This document shows, piece after piece, positions 51,258 through 62,893 of a stretch of DNA of 64,000 nt (position 1 is its first letter; each line of letters starts with the position of its first letter). The translations under genes and the position numbers were made by a program. The stretch covers positions 124,001 through 188,000 of the forward strand of contig NIVC01000751.1 in the NCBI GenBank assembly GCA_002269645.1. Direction: 5' to 3'. Source of the DNA: Macrostomum lignano (taxonomy: Eukaryota). The notes under the pieces were generated by a model. The model searched no databases. It worked only from the letters and a program-made list of their open reading frames with translations, and had not been told where the DNA came from.

Positions 51258-51629
51258 GACACCTGCCGGACTGGCCGACTGATCAAGCATCACATTGCAA
51301 CAATCGAAACATTGAAAACTCTCAAATTTGGCCTGTAGTTTTTTAATGTAACCTTTCTACATGCACTTATAGAAACCACTAGAAAGCTCGTATTTGTACT
51401 ACAGTTCAAATTTTCTGGATTCAGGATCTAAATTCCTCTAAACAACATGCAAAATTGCCCGCTATAGTGATTTTGAATATCAGGCATAAGTACATTGTTT
51501 ATATAATTGACGCTGGAACACTTGGTAATTATAAATTTTTTGGAACTACATTGCTTCATTGAATGATTGATAATTTCAATCACACTTGTGTTACATAACA
51601 TATCTGAAAAGGGGGCTTCCAAGTTGTTC

Positions 51630-51948
51630 GATACTTCACCCCTGATCCTTCATCCCATCATCTGATCCTTCACCCCATCTGATCCTTCACCCCCATCTGA
51701 TCCTTCACCCCATCATCTGGTCCTTCACCCCATCTGATCCTTCACCCCATCATCTGATCCTTTACCCCATCTGATCCTTCACCCCTTCATCTGATCCTTC
51801 ATTCCATCTGATCCTTCACCCCATCATCTGATCCTTCACCCCATCTGATCCTTCACCCCATCTGATCCTTCACCCCTTCATCTGATCCTTCACCCCATCT
51901 GATCCTTCACCCCATCTGATCCTTCACCCTATCTGATCCTTCACCCCA
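51630..51948. repeat. 17-bp satellite, array 4
   Basis: About 18 units, several with a 3-nt insertion. Confidence 0.9.
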
Positions 51949-52422
51949 GCTATTGACTGCTGTCACTTTCGGCAGGCAGGGACATCTAGGTAAGACAGGT
52001 AATTCTATGATGGGGTTACCAATATTCATTCGACCAGCTGTGCCTCATCAGCCAGCAAATGCTTGGTTGCTTTTGCTTTCAACTGAGGACAGTGACAGAG
52101 ACTAAAGTTGATGAGGAAGAGCGATTGTTACATGCACCGTACTCCGTTTTGTACATGTAGAGGCGGCCAAATATTAATTGCCTTGGCAATTTTTTTAAAT
52201 GTTTCATCTTCCTCTCTTAAATCTGAACAAATAAACAAATGCAAATCTGAGAACGGCCCATAGAATTAAACATGAATGGCAAGTGTTTTGAATTAACTCT
52301 AGAAAGCAAGCTATCGAGAACTCGATTTTTCATGCTATATGGCACGACGAGTCAGAGTATAAAATTCGCCAGAAGCAAGTTCCGCCGGAAGGCGTGACAC
52401 TTGAGCAGTTGGAAATTCATGT

Positions 52423-52425
<3 letters not shown>

Positions 52426-52498
<73 letters not shown>
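52426..52498. repeat. (GA)n microsatellite
   Basis: About 36 units. Confidence 0.98.
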
Positions 52499-52501
<3 letters not shown>

Positions 52502-53455
52502 GCTGAAGAGATGTTAGCCACGCAATCGCTGCTGACGAGTGCGCTGGCTGGGAGCTGTGCTGCAACCGTTTGTTTGGATTGCGTTTGCAGCGAATCTGCT
52601 TAAAGATTGGAGTTTTTGTGATTTAAAGTAAGCCTCATTAATTTATGTTTTTATTTCTTTAATAGATAAAAACTCCAATAGTTCTTTCTTTTCTGACCAT
52701 CGTTCCATCTACGAGTAGCATAACAAATCGAGCTGGCTGTGACCAAAGAGGAAAGAATTCTGTCCTCCATGGGGGCAGCCCCCACCCCCCCCCCCCCCCC
52801 AAGGGGGCTTCGCGCTCCCTTGACCCCACTTTCTTCTGAAATTTGCCATAGACATTTTCAGCGGGCCGTAAAACCGTCTGAATAAATTGGAGAAAATGGG
52901 ATTTTACCATAGACAGTCTCAGCGGGCCGCTAACTATAACACTAATATATGGATGGGGCGCATCGGTCAGAAACGAGCTAACACTCCTCGGCGCTACGCA
53001 ACTCGGCGTCATAGCTCGTTTCTGCATTCTGCAGCCCATCAATATTGGTATATTGCACAGACCATAAATCAAACCAAAAAAATACAAGAACGAATTAAGT
53101 GCATCGATGAGCAATAAAAGAAAAGCACAGAGGTTGATGTGGCTGCAAGAACGGTTTTTAAACGGGACACTTACAAGCGTATATATATGCGAAGGCAGAA
53201 TATATATTAGAAGTGCTTATTCAAGTTGTTTTCTGCTACATTTATATTAATAGAAAATGGTTTGACAGAATCGAATTAACAGTAAAAATGACGCTTTCAT
53301 CCATTTTCGATCGGCTGTTCGAAGAAAGCTCCAATGCAATGCTATCGGACAATTCGTGTAGCTAGCTCGTATATTATATCGTATTAGTATTTTAGATATT
53401 ATACCATAAAATAATAATAGCGCATTCATAATATTCGAACGGAAACGAAAAACAC

Positions 53456-55866
53456 TCAGCTGCTAGGCTTGCCGTTGTTTTGATTCATAGATGCTAAAAA
53501 TTGTAGGCAGCTTTGCTGCCAGCTGTTCGCGAAAAGCCTTTCTTGAGCGTCATATTGTTGTTGAGGAGGTTGCGCTGGACCCGCTGAGCCATGGGACTGA
53601 GCAACCGGCGGGGCAGTTGCTCCTGCTTGAGAACTTTTGAAAAAAAATTCACGACGAGCCCCAGTGAGTTGCGGAGGAGGTGGCGGTGCAGGCCTTGCTG
53701 AGCCACGGGACTTTGCAACATGGGCAGTTGCTCTTGCCTGAGAACTTTTGGCTTGTTTTGGTGCATTGCCGGTGGCATTGGAGCCCGAAAACGCGTTGTA
53801 CACACCCGGAATACTCGTCACTTTTGAAACAATGTCGATCACTTTAACCGTAGTACCTAGCCAATCCACGCTCTGTTGTTGCTCTTGCTTTACCTCAGCG
53901 GTCACCTGCTCCCTAATACGCCTCTCAAATTCCAACTTCTCTTGTCTCCTCTTTGCTTCTGCTTCCTCTGCTTTCTTCCGCTCTGCCTCTTCCGCATTTC
54001 TCTGCTCCACAGAGGTGTACTTTTTGCCTCCGTTGCTGGCGACCAGACTGTCAGCCTTGGACAGCAGAGCTTCGATCTGCCTGTCCTGAACAGCTGTGTC
54101 GCACCGTCTGCCATTGTCCACCAGGGCGAACCGATTGCCGCATTTGGTGAGCAGCTGGTCCAGGTAGGGGATCTTCTTCCTGTATTTCAAATGAAAAAGT
54201 TACAGAGACCATGTGATGCTGATGTTTTTACTTTACATAGTAATTAATAATAACAATCGATCACACCTGCACCAATGGGCAGATGAGCAACCGACAGCTC
54301 AGCTGCAGCTATAGCGCGGGCCATCTGAAGGCTGCGTACGGCTGTTCAGTCCAAGGACTGGGGGGTCGCCACACACACACTCAATTACCCCAGCTAATGC
54401 TGGCACCCATTTTACAGCTGGGTGAACTGAAGCAATGCAGAGTTAAGTGTCTTGCTCAAGGACATAAATTGTTCCGGTGAGGGTCGAGAAAGGAACCCCC
54501 GACCTTCAAGTCGTGACTCTAACCACAAACCACAACCACTAAACACTAAACACTAACCACTAACCACTAACCACTAACCACTAACCACTAACCACTAACC
54601 ACTAATCACTAACACTAACCACTAACCACTAACCACTAACCACTAACCACTAACCACTAACCACTAACCACTAACCACTAACCACTAACCACTAGGTTAC
54701 AAAACAACCCCCGCCCTAGGCTACAACTCCCTTTTTACCTACGTTCGTACAATATGCTCTTACTAGCGTGATTTAGAAAAGTCGCATTAGATCTTTAAAA
54801 TAAAATCAGATCTTGGAACATTAGCAATCAGTAGAAAATGAAATTCGGAAGATGCTAGCCAAAGTTGCAACCAGAACAATGTACGCGAAAATTCAAGGTT
54901 TAAATCGATCACGCTCTACGTAACGCAGGATAAACATTATAACGCAGTCATATCAAACCTTAGAGACTAAAGAGAGTCACTGAGGATTTTTGACTTTTCA
55001 AAAAACCATGGAAGACATACGAAGCATAGGAAAGGTTGGTTGAAAAGTTCGCGGCCTAACATACAGTAGAAGCAGTTATCTTACCTACGTTATATCACAG
55101 TCAGTATATATTAAGAGTTCATAAATATAACTTAAAGGACATACAAAGGTCATGTATAACTGTCAGAACTGTCATAGAAAAATTGCTTTAAACTGTAATA
55201 ATAAACCAAACCATAGAAATTTACACAGTCGTGTAGACAGCTGACTTTCTCGGGCCATCTAGAACTCTGAATACAACCATCAATGCTACCAAACCAGCTG
55301 ATTACATATATTTACAAGCACAAACGGCAAGATCAAGGTCAGGCTCAGACCTGATGAGAAACACAAAATACTCCAACTGATAACACTTTTCAGAGACGTT
55401 AGGTAGAAAAATACTGAAGAAACTTTTACCTGATCTCCTGCAGCTCATTGCGAAACTCGGTCTCGTCGTTGTCAAACTCGTCTCCATGGCTGAACACAAC
55501 GATGGCGTGCTTGTAGAACTGATCGCCGAACATCTCGGCGACCACCTCGATGGCCCGTCTCTCCTCGGCAGTGAACCGAGCGTCGCACTTCACCACCACC
55601 AGGAAGCCGTCGAATCCGTTTGGACAGAACTCCATGGCCCTTCGGATCTCGGTCTTGGCCTTCTCCTCGTCTGCAACGTCCATGGTTCCGGGAGTGTCGA
55701 CCACAGTGAGGTCGCGACCTCTGGCGCGAGTTGAGATGCACATGCAGCTTGCCGTGCTGGACAGCATTCCGCGGCCCACCTGGAATCTTGTGGTGTTGAG
55801 CAAGGCGTTCGCCAATGAGCTCTTTCCATTGCCGGTCTTGCTGACCAGAAGCAATGCAGTTGTCAT
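53456..55866 (-). CDS. GIMAP/AIG1-family GTPase 2 (2 exons, about 386 aa; start uncertain)
   Basis: Exons 55866-55430 and 54179-53456, phase-2 intron. SKTGNGKSS, DTPG, RFTAEE, KCGNRFALVDN. The frame stays open upstream to an acceptor near 55945, so a short extra 5' exon is possible. Confidence 0.88.
54241..54716 (-). mobile_element. tRNA-derived CORE-type SINE with expanded A-box, in the GIMAP2 intron
   Basis: Minus strand reads CCTAGTGGTTAG..., GGTCGGGGGTTCC (B-box-like), CCTTGAGCAAGACACTTAACTC...CAGTTCACCCAGCTGTAAAATGGG (MIR/CORE-like), then a (TTA)-rich tail. Confidence 0.75.
54519..54694. repeat. (TAACCAC)n heptamer array, about 24 units
   Basis: Directly visible; lies inside the SINE head. 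Confidence 0.95.
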
Positions 55867-56116
55867 TTTTAAAAAAATCTTTTCTGGCATTAAATCCTTT
55901 AGTATATAGCCTTTACTGCTTGTTAATGGCTCCGTTCTCCCCGACTGCAAGACTTATAGTCTTGGCCCCAATATTTTTGTTCCTAGTAAAACGCTCGATC
56001 TCTACTGTCCTATTTTTGTCGCTGCCGTCAACTGTTTATGCTGTTTTTGTAGGGTCGATATAAGTAGCTTACCTGTCAAAACTTGTTTACCTCACTCTTG
56101 TTGAGTTCGGTTACTC

Positions 56117-56242
56117 ACTCAGACTGAAGTTCCGTCTAGTTCTAGTGCTTACCGAATGTACATGGACTACTGTACCATAGCCAGACCGCTCAAAAAAAGT
56201 GCGGTAAACACTGGAGCTGGAAGATGGAACTTCAGTCTGAGT
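56117..56242. promoter_or_regulatory. Imperfect palindrome between the divergent GIMAP2 and GIMAP3 genes
   Basis: ACTCAGACTGAAGTTCCGTCT...CTTACCG pairs with CGGTAAAC...AGATGGAACTTCAGTCTGAGT; a regulatory role is inferred from position only. Confidence 0.4.
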
Positions 56243-56470
56243 ATGAACTACGAGCCTTGCAATTTCTTAAAATAGCTTGCATCTCTTGGGTGGGGTAGAG
56301 AGTTAACCACAGAAAATACTCAATTTTTTAACTAGTCATGCGTTCGAACCTCATTATAAAAAACAGTTTTCCTTTCTGTTATTGCACTGCCGCGCGTATA
56401 CTACAACACAAAACGATTGTCAGACTACTTCTGTGTAATAAGCGTTTGCTGAGTAGTTTATACAAAAGAA

Positions 56471-57697
56471 ATGTTGACCCAAGCTAGATTTGCTAACACC
56501 CGAGGGACGGCATTGCTTCTCGTCAGCAAGACCGGAAGCGGAAAGAGCTCGTTGGCGAACGCCTTGCTGAAAACAACTCAGTTCCAGGTGGGCCGCGGCA
56601 TGCTGTCCTGTACCGAAAGCTGCAAGCGCATTTCAACTCGCGCCAGAGGTCGCGACCTCACTGTGGTCGACACTCCCGGAACCATGGACGTTGCAGACGA
56701 GGAGAAGGCCAAGACCGAGATTCGGAGAGCCATTGGCTTCTGTCCGGAAGGATTCGACGTCTTCCTGGTGGTGCTGAAGTGCGACGCTCAGTTTACGGCT
56801 GAGGAGAGACGGGCCATCGAGGTGGTCGCTGAGATGTTCGGCGACGAGTTCTACAAGCACGCCATCGTTGTGTTCAGCCACGGAGACGAGTACAAGAACA
56901 ACGAGTTCGAGTTTTCGAGAGACCTACAAAGCATAAGGTAACTATAATGTAATGTACATGTACTCGTAATTGAATCGCGCTAAAAGCAGAAAGGACGGAT
57001 TCGACGAAGCTTCAGTCCAGTTTGCTGTAGAATGTACATGTACATGTACAGACACAACTTGCATTAGCGCAATGATGGAATCACGCGATACTAAAGCTTT
57101 TTGCAGTTGTGTGTATATGTATTTTTTATATTTGATATCTTATTTTAGTACATGTACTTTTGTAAGTTCTGAAGATCATGCGCTATAGACAATAAAGAGA
57201 TCATTGTACAGTCTTACTGGTGCATTAGGTATCAATTAATAGTTGGCTTTTAATTACTGGCTGGCTATTTGTACCCAAAACGCAGGAAGCAGATCCCATA
57301 CCTGGACCAGCTGCTTACCAGATGCGGCAATCGATTCGCCCTGGTGGACAATGGCAGACGGTGCGACAGAGCTGTTCAGGACAGGCAGATCGAAGCTCTG
57401 CTGTCCAAGGTTGAGAATCTGGTCGTCAGTAGTCGAGGCAGAATGTACACCACTGTGGAGCTGGAGGCGGCGCGGAGGAGGGCGGAGGAGGCGGAGAGAA
57501 AGAGGAAGAGAGAAGAAAATGACAGGAAGGAACGGGAGAGACTGGAGTTGGAAAAGCGCGTGAGAGAAGATGTGATGCAACATCAACAAAGAGATACAAG
57601 CACGTTAGAAACAGCAATCGACGGAATATCGTTAGTTGTCAACGTGGCTTTTGAAGTGCATCGATTGTACAACTTTTTTAGTCCCTTATTTCGTTAG
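56471..57697 (+). CDS. GIMAP/AIG1-family GTPase 3 (2 exons, 292 aa)
   Basis: Exons 56471-56937 and 57286-57697, phase-2 intron at the same position as in the paralogs; same G1, G3 and conserved-box motifs. Confidence 0.9.
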
Positions 57698-58509
57698 GCA
57701 AAACTAAAAGATCATTCAAGCATTGCGTTATGATTTTATCAGTTGTATGCAGATACATGTACAAGTATTGTACTGTACCGCGAGCCGCGACGTACGGGTG
57801 TACATTATACATACATGCAACCCTTGACTAAGTGGACTGTAGATGTATTCTGTTCAGTTGATGTACAATTACTCCCCTTTCCAAATTCCATTTTCTATTT
57901 GCATGTACTTTGCTGTATTTTTGGAAGCATTAATTACAATTGTCATGTACATGTAACATTTGGTAATATAGCTCATCTCTATTCCCTGTGCATGAACTCA
58001 GCATAAATTTAATCTCTTGTAGGATAGCTAATAATTATTTAATAATTATTAGTAATAATAGCAATGATAGTTAATAATTAGTTGTCATTGTTTATAAAAT
58101 AGTTTCTGGCATTCTGATTTAATCTATAACATAGAGTTTGCTACTTGTTACTGGCTCTTTCTACGAGCGTACCTCACTATTGGACTTAGGGTCCAGACAC
58201 AAGATTTTTGTTCCTGGTACGTGTAAAACGGTCGCGCAACGTCCTATTATTGTCGATTCCATCAGCTGTTTACCTTAAGTACCGTTGTAATATTCCTTTT
58301 TGCGGCCTAGTTGGTACTGCAAGCTTTCAATTTAATCATAGATACGGAAATCAGGCTTGCGAGACTGAAAATTTTCTGTCTATGGTCGACGCTCGTTGGC
58401 ATAGCGAAGTTCAATTTAATCCTGGGGGCATCAATTTAATCATTCTATGTTTTCAAAGCACAGTGTATTTTTACTGTCATCGTAACTTGTCTTTAACTGG
58501 CTTGATTTA

Positions 58510-59232
58510 ATGAGTAATCCGGACGAGCTACTTGAAGAGGATTACAGTGAGTGGATTTTTGAAACTGCAAATACCGACATCGACCAGGCAAATGACGGCA
58601 TCGATCAGGCAAATGACGACATCGACCAGCCAGCCCAAGTACACCGCGGGCAGTACAACAAGATTAGCGATGAGAAATACGGTCTGATTGTCACCGCTTT
58701 AGAGCGCGGCGATAGTTCGATGAAAATTTCTCAGTGGCTACAAGCGAATGTTCGTACTGTTTACTCGATTCGAAGGCGGTACGAACTCACTGGTCGCCGG
58801 AACCGACTAAGTCGAGGAGGTGCTCGTCAAGTGAAACTTACTGACGCTCATGTGCAGCACCTGCTGGAATGGATCGAAGAAAACCCCCAGCTAACTTTGC
58901 GAGAAATGAAGCTTAAGCTTCGTATGTGAGTCAACTGTAAGCCGAATGTTGGACAAGCAGCTCATCACTCTAAAATGCCTTAGCCGAGATGCCGACATTC
59001 CAATCGCAAGAAATTCTGCAGAGAATCGAATTTCGCGGCAAGAGTTTGCTCAGTGGTTGACTGGATTTGTCCCCTGAGGTTCACTTGATTTTCATTGAAG
59101 AGACAGGTTTTAACATCTGGACACGTCGGACGCAAGGTCGCAGCATAAGGGGCAAGAAGGCTAAACGCAAAGTTCACACGCAACGTGGAGTGCAGGTGAA
59201 CATCGTGCAAGCAATTACACCTAATCTCGGCC
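58510..59232 (+). mobile_element. Tc1/IS630-like transposase remnant
   Basis: HTH region, RGGAR.VKLT, EENPQLTLREM, STVSRML, then LIFIEETGFN (first Asp reads Glu); two frameshifts; truncated before the rest of the DDE motif; no TIR identified. Confidence 0.8.
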
Positions 59233-59276
59233 TGGTACATCCAGATTCCAGACGTTCATCAATGATCTGGTGCAGT

Positions 59277-60666
59277 GATGAAGCTGCCGTGTGGATAACG
59301 CCTCATCCAGGCGTCCGACAGCCCCAGGATGGCTGTGAAGCCAGTGCCGTCGGTGCGTTTAAGGGTGTCATGCACCACTAGGCTCGCGGCGGGAAGCTCC
59401 CGGTTGACTGCTAGCAGTCCTTTCCGGAGCTCGTCAGCAGAGGTAACGACGCTCCTGGCCGGAACCCAGATTCGATGCCTCTTGGTCCGGGGGCGCTCGT
59501 CCTCCCTGCAGAAGGCTAGGTTGGGGTCCCAGCTCTGCTCGGGCAGCAGCTCAAGGAGCCGCCGACCCGAGTAAGCATCACTGGACCAAATGAGAAGGCA
59601 CGAGTCCCTCTTCGCATTCGAATGAATGTTCAGAGGCGTGCCCTTCAGAGTTTGCTTCCACAGGAGGCCATCAACGGCGCTTCTCACCTGCTTCAGCTGG
59701 TCGGGAGACAGGCGCGCGTCCTTCCCCAGAATGACAACCGCCGGTTGCCTCTTTGGCGCATCAGCGTAGGAGGCCCGGGGGTCAGTGGAGCATTCTTCAG
59801 GTGGGCTGTCCACCCTCCCGGCTGCATCGGCCTCCCTATCCTGGGCAGGGACTTCAGTGGGCTCGAGGCCCTCTTTTGCCACCGCCCCAGATTGGGAAGC
59901 TTCCGCTGCCGCGGGCCGTTGGCCCCTGGCGCTGGTTAGGCTTCCGCCCTCCTTGGCCCGCCTCGCCTTGTTAAGTCGACGGCGGGCAGCTCCAGAGGTG
60001 GTGCTCAGCTGCTTGGCAGCTGGAGTAGCAGGTGTCTTCTCGGAGGCACCGCTCAGAGTTGGCTCCACGGGTCTCGCCGAGGCGTCCCCGATGGTAGCAG
60101 GTGGTATGGCCGCGGAGTCCACGGCCCCCGCTGAGGCCGGAGGCACTGTGTCATCCACAGCCGGTTGGGTACTTCGGTTAGAAGCCATTGGCTGGAAGTA
60201 AAAAATGGGACTTCCTGCAGAACACAGGCAAAGAACCGCAAGGCCGCAACCCCAAACCAAGCGGCAGGCCCCCAAAAAGCAAAATACCACCCTGCGAGGG
60301 GACCCAAAAGCGCAAGGGGAACCGTTAGCGACCAGACTACTCCCTGGCCAAGCGTCCATCAGCACGGAGTTACACTGGGACATTAGAGGGTGCGTTTATA
60401 CGGTCACACCAGGACCCGGCGCCAACGAATCAGCTCGGCAAGGCCCAAATGGGCCTGCTTTAACACCCACGGGACGAGTACCTTTCAAAGTGCGCCTTGC
60501 AAGGTGAAAATCAGGAGACAGAGTCTCTTGAGCTATCAGCCTGCCAGAGGAGGCAGGTATGAGCATCGCTGGCTGGGATAAAGGCCATCCCAGTCTCATA
60601 CTGCACAGATAGTTCACCACGCCATTGCGTGCAGGATCCGGGGTTCTGGGGGCAAACAGCCACGGC
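59277..60666 (-). mobile_element. Second copy of the same LINE (5' UTR plus partial ORF1)
   Basis: Colinear with about 43400-44800; ORF1 ATG at 60188 is open through the segment frameshifted in copy 1; homology ends near 59277. Confidence 0.9.
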
Positions 60667-61575
60667 GATTCTTCACCCCATCTGATTCTTCACCCCATCT
60701 GATCCTTCACCCCATCTGATCCTTCACCCCATCTGATCCTTCACCCCATCTGATCCTTCACCCCACCTGATTCTTCACCCCACCTGATCCTTCACCCCAT
60801 CTGATCCTTCACCCCATCTGATTCTTCACCCCACCTGATCCTTCACCCCATCTGATTCCTCACCCCATCTGATCCTTCACCCCATCTGATTCTTCACCCC
60901 ATCTGATTCTTCAACCCATCTGATCCTTCACCCCATCTGATTCTTCACCCCATCTGATCCTTCACCCCATCTGATCCTTCACCCCATTTTATCCTTCACC
61001 CCATCTGATCCTTCACCCCATCTGATCCTTCACCCCATCTGATCCTTCACCCCATCTGATCCTTCACCCCATCTGATCCTTCACCCCATCTGATCCTTCA
61101 CCCCATCTGATTCTTCACCCCATCTGATCTTTAACCCCATTTGATCCTTCACCCCATCTGATCCTTCACCCCCATCTGATTCTTCACCCCACCTGATCCT
61201 TCACCCCACCTGATCCTTCACCCCACCTGATCATTCACCCCATCTGACCCTTCACCCCACCTGATCCTTCACCCCATCTGATTCTTCACCCCACCTGATC
61301 CTTCACCCCACCTGATCCTTCACCCCACCTGATCCTTCACCTCATCTGACCCTTCACCTCATCTGACCCTTCACCCCATCTGATCCTTTACCCCATCTGA
61401 TCCTTCACCCCACCTGATCCTTCACCCCATCTGATCCTTCACCCCATCTGATCCTTCACCCCATCTGATCCTTCACCCCATCTGATCCTTCACCCCATCT
61501 GATCCTTCACCCCATCTGATCCTTCACACCATCATCTGATCCTTCACTCCATCTGATCCTTCACCCCATCTGATC
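60667..61575. repeat. 17-bp satellite, array 5
   Basis: About 53 units, directly abutting LINE copy 2. Confidence 0.95.
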
Positions 61576-62014
61576 ATTGAAGAATCACATTCGGTCCAGT
61601 TTTTGATGGTCTGATTTGGATGTTGATACATATGTACATTTAATTCGTATCTGCACGCACTTTATACTCTATTAAAGTAACCCCTTCCCGAGATTCCAGA
61701 CCCAGCAAATGCATTCGCGTTGTCATAATTAATACAATTCCATTGTCTCGTTCACTCGGTAAAAAACAGTCTATTTCAAATTATCAAAACACAATAAGCT
61801 TGCAAGTGACCGCCTGCTGCAGCTAAAATTATGCATGACAGGACTGGCGCTTCTAAAAATAGGAGTTGCGACCGTTTAACTAGGAACTAAATGGTTTTTT
61901 CTTTTTAAATAAATACAGAGTCTTTAGGTACAGAGCCAAAATTGCTGCGTGCAGTTTTTTGTAGGTTATTTTTCGTCTGATATTATTCTGTAGCTGGAAA
62001 CTTTAAAGAAAGAT

Positions 62015-62524
62015 ATGGAAAGCGCTAGAGTGGTTCTGATTAGCAAGACCGGAAGCGGAAAGAGCTCGTTGGCGAACGCCCTGTTCAACACCACGGAGTT
62101 CCACGTGGGCCGCGACATGCTGTCCAGCACTTCAAGCTGCAAAAGCATCTTATCTCGCCTCGCTGGGGCCGACACTCCCGGAACCATGGACGTTGCAGCA
62201 GACGAGGAGAAGGCCAAGACCGAGAACCGTAGAGCCATGGAGCTTTGTATGAGAGCGTGTCGAGTTTGTCTTGTGCTAGTGGATTCCCATTGCGACGCTC
62301 AGTCCAAGGAAAGAAATTACACTGCAAGGGAGCTGCAATCGGACATGCAACGAACAGAAAAAGCAAGCAAGGAGGAGAAAAAGGTAACAAAGGCGATGCA
62401 GATTACGGAACAAGCCAAGCGGAAGAAGGCCGCAGACTGGCGCAGAGGAAGCCGGGAGCCGAAGGTCGGCCGAAACCAGCGAGTGCGAGTGCACCGGGTG
62501 CAGCAACCGCGGAGGTCCAACTAA
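62015..62524 (+). pseudogene. GIMAP-derived intronless ORF, cassette 4 (169 aa, P-loop and DTPG retained)
   Basis: VLISKTGSGKSSLANALFNT and DTPGTMDV are intact; the sequence jumps from HCDAQ to ERNYT, losing G4 and the intron; C-terminus as in cassettes 1-3. Confidence 0.8.
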
Positions 62525-62893
62525 GACACCTGCCGGACTGGCCGCCTGATCAAGCATCACATTGCAACAATCGAAACATTGAAAACTCTCAAATTTGGCC
62601 TGTAGTTTTTTAATGTAACCTTTCTACATGCACTTATAGAAACCACTAGAAAGCTCGTATTTGTACTACAGTTCCCTTTTTCTGGATTAAGGATCTAAAT
62701 TCCTCTAAACCACATGCAAAATTGCCCGCTATAGTTATTTTGAATTTCGGGCAGAAGTACATTGTTTATATCATTGAAGCTGGAACACTTGGAAATAAAA
62801 TTTTTGGAACTTCACTGGTTCATTGAATGATTGATGATTGAAATCACACTTGTGTTACATGCGCATCTGAAAAAGGCTCTGCCAAATTTGTTT

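Noticed and set aside
52394-52603. RE-repeat protein
   Set aside because: Translation of the (GA)n microsatellite.
54519-54694. Interstitial telomere or telomere healing site
   Set aside because: The unit is a 7-mer, not TTAGGG, and it is continuous with a SINE A-box.
54480-54716. tRNA gene
   Set aside because: No intact cloverleaf can be drawn, and it is followed by a CORE-like body and tail, so it is a SINE head.
58921-58935. GTGAGT donor implying an intron in the Tc1-like transposase
   Set aside because: The transposase resumes within a few bases in another frame (ESTVSRML), so a frameshift is the simpler explanation.
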